NCBI RefSeq assembly: GCF_001194135.2
Contig: NC_068991.1
Coordinates: 2,259,124-2,300,337 of the forward strand
DNA from: Octopus bimaculoides
Lineage: Eukaryota
Direction: 5' to 3'
DNA: 41,214 bases
Shown here piece after piece: positions 38,309-41,214 of this stretch. The notes beneath the pieces are model-generated. The model had not been told where the DNA came from, searched no databases, and worked only from the letters and a program-made list of their open reading frames with translations. Each line of letters opens with the position of its first letter. Positions within the stretch are counted from its first letter, which is position 1. Both the position numbers and the translations under genes were made by a program.

Positions 38309-40218
38309 CTGCAAATAGAAACATGGAACGCTTTTCGGTTACAAATATGTCGACTGACTTCTGAAAGTACGGAAAAAGCAACTGAGCAATTGACGCTGTT
38401 AAACATTGTCACCGACAATGCCACACTCGCATAGCCTTGGCACTCAACTCTCACCTAATCAAGTCAAGCTGGCTGTAAATATGGCTGTCACGAATCGTGC
38501 GTATACCCACGATTCGTGACAGCATGTAATGGCGACAATACTGCAAAATTGAATCATGGTTTGTTCGCTTTGCGCGGTGAAAGATCAGTTTCTCTTCTCG
38601 TTGTTTGAGAAGCTGCTATTCCAGTATTTAGCTTCACTCCAAACTAGTTCAAACCATTTCTTTTGTCTTGACGTTTGGCTCTGAACATTAGTTCATATCA
38701 GTAGTTAGATAGTACTGGGGGTCTGTGGGAAAACTCATTTAAATAAAAGGGGTCCTTGGTAGTGAAAAGGTCGGGAACCGCTGGTTTATACTATCGAGAT
38801 TCATACGGGAAATAATCTTTGCTACTGTATATGTTACGTTGATTACCCACCAAGTTTATCTGGTAGACGTCTGTCATCGGGCAGTCATCTTGCTCAACTA
38901 CGAAAATTAATTCGAAGGAAGGAAGCCGAAACTGGGTACCATTTTGTTTTGTGTAATTAGAGGGGAGAGAAAAGAGTTCAGAATCTTCTTTTTATGTTTT
39001 TGAAAACCAGGTGGAGAGATAAAAAAAAGAGTAAGAAACCCTGATTTATAGGCGATACAACAAGTAGAAGTGGCTCATTGACATCTCCTGTTTTACCCAG
39101 ATTACTGAAATAGTCTTCATGCTTTCTCTCGTGAAAGGCCGCCATAGGTTTTAGAGTTGACATATTTTGCCTTCCTTCTTATACAGTATTTATGAATGTG
39201 TATATCTCTACGTCTGAATAATAGTTTTGAAGGATGTAGTGTCTCGACAGCTAACAACTGATGCGGCTAATTTATTCCATGCTTCAGCAATTCCTTATTA
39301 AAGAAGTGACTCATGTTCAACCTCAGATTAATCGTCACATCAAGCCAAACTAGCATTCCCTGTAGTGGTTGCTTGACTTGCCTGCTAGACATAACAGCTA
39401 ATCTTCCTTCAAGCCACACTCTTAATATCTTACAAAAGGAAGGACGCATAGACAATGTAATAGTCCTACTGATAATAAAAACAGAAAGAAAGAAAAGAAA
39501 CGAAGCTCAGTTGATTTAGGTCTGAAAGCCTGAGAATGGGTCTCCTGGATTTCAAATGAAATTAAGATAAAGGGCCACTAGCGTAGCTTGGTTGGAGGGG
39601 CGAGGAGGAATAGGAGGAGGATGCGACGGGGTGATCTACTCCGGATGACGCATATATAGAGGTGGCACTTTTCGGTTACCTATATAAGCTTGTACAGACT
39701 TGGGTGGGGGCCCAGGGTAGGACGACAAATCCAAAGGCTGCTCCGGGCGGCACACATTCTAATAAACTGAAGACTACCGTGACCACATTGACGATGACGT
39801 AAACAATATAACAACAACAACAACAGCAATCATGACAATCATAATGAACCTCTCAACATCCTGCAGTATATTGCATTATTTGAGTAACGTATCTCACAAA
39901 TCCTTCAAAATAAATAAATAAATAAAGGTCGTCATTGCGCATGTCATGAAGAATTTCGGTGTCGTTTAGTTTTCATTTGAAAGCATTTCCAGTTTCACTG
40001 TCAAATCTTGTTAAAGCTAAAAACACTGAATGAATTTCATTCTTCCAATTTGCTTTGTTAAGTGTGTTTCTATCAAATTCTTAGTTACATGTGACAGCAG
40101 TTCCACGTCTTACCTACTAATTGAGTGGTTGCGCAGTTTGGGGCTTGGAGAAAGTTGCGCAAGCCTGAGCGTATCTACAGAGTAGACCCAAAATCTAGAT
40201 CTAGAAAACGAAACCAAA

Positions 40219-40438
40219 GGTGGCAGTGAGCTGACAGAATTGTTAGCACGCCGGGCGAAATGCTTAGCGGTATTTCGTCTGCCGCTACATTCTGTGTTCA
40301 AATTCCACCGAGGTCAACTTTGCCTTTCATCCTTTCGGGGTCGATAAATTAAGTACCAGTTGCGTACTGGGGTCGATCTAATCGACTGGCCCCCTCCCCC
40401 AAAATTTCGGGCCTTGTGCCTAGAGTAGAAAAGAATTA
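40219..40438 (+). mobile_element. SINE family A, full length
   Basis: ggtggcagtgagctgacagaattgttagcacgccgggcgaaatgcttagcgg..gttcaaattcc..ctttcatcctttcggggtcgataaattaagtaccag..gccttgtgcctagagtagaaaag. Confidence 0.88.
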
Positions 40439-40927
40439 AATAGCGGTTGTTGACAGAGTGGCGAAGTTTTTACCTCCTCCAATTTCAAGAGAGGCCACTT
40501 GCGAGAGAGACCATATGCTAACGGCTTTTAGGCNNNNNNNNNNNNNNNNNNNNNNNNNNNNNNNNNNNNNNNNNNNNNNNNNNNNNNNNNNNNNNNNNNN
40601 NNNNNNNNNNNNNNNNNNNNNNNNNNNNNNNNNNNNNNNNNNNNNNNNNNNNNNNNNNNNNNNNNNNNNNNNNNNNNNNNNNNNNNNNNNNNNNNNNNNN
40701 NNNNNNNNNNNNNNNNNNNNNNNNNNNNNNNNNNNNNNNNNNNNNNNNNNNNNNNNNNNNNNNNNNNNNNNNNNNNNNNNNNNNNNNNNNNNNNNNNNNN
40801 NNNNNNNNNNNNNNNNNNNNNNNNNNNNNNNNNNNNNNNNNNNNNNNNNNNNNNNNNNNNNNNNNNNNNNNNNNNNNNNNNNNNNNNNNNNNNNNNNNNN
40901 NNNNNNNNNNNNNNNNNNNATATATAT

Positions 40928-41092
40928 AAAGTGATAGTATGTTGTGTACTTCATGTGACAGTCCCCTGGAAGGGAAGAACGCTACTGCTATTTAGCCCTA
41001 GGAAACACCGTTTCCAGTTGGCCATGACACATTTTCTGTGTCCTTATGTTTTCAAAGGAGAGACAAGCACCTCCACCCAGCAATGCCAGCAT
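40928..41092 (+). repeat. second copy of the 21839 element (left arm plus interior, no inverted right arm)
   Basis: aaagtgatagtatgttg..gtgacagtccc..gctactgctatttagccctaggaaacaccg..gagacaagcacctccacccagcaa..ccagcatcc. Confidence 0.75.
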
Positions 41093-41214
41093 CCAGAGAC
41101 TAGCTTCAGAGTGATTGCTCATCATCAGTCTGGAGTAGCATGGCTTGCTAGTTGTCGATGCCTATTCGCCTTTGAAAACATATATATTTCAAGTGAAATT
41201 TTGAGAATAAAATT

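Overview
Eukaryotic, AT-rich, microsatellite-dense genomic DNA with about a dozen N gaps. The SINE, MITE and simple-repeat landscape looks like an octopus/cephalopod genome (inferred from repeat style). One large spliced gene dominates the window on the minus strand: an ALK/LTK-family receptor tyrosine kinase. I traced 17 coding exons from 38308 down to the stop at 3263, all GT-AG and phase-compatible, giving about 954 codons; the 5' end lies beyond the window. The exons encode a MAM domain, a short N-glycosylated stalk, a TM helix, an NPxY juxtamembrane segment, an intact kinase and a 388-aa low-complexity tail. The six-frame ORF track mostly shows repeat noise and misses most exons. Most notable: the TNF-like/glycine-rich/EGF ligand-binding module expected in ALK between MAM and TM could not be found. 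The introns carry tRNA-derived SINEs of at least two families, mariner, Tigger-like and hAT-like MITEs and a fold-back element. Two intronic Penelope-like repeats each contain a minimal hammerhead ribozyme motif. An RLE-type non-LTR retrotransposon 3' fragment lies downstream of the gene.
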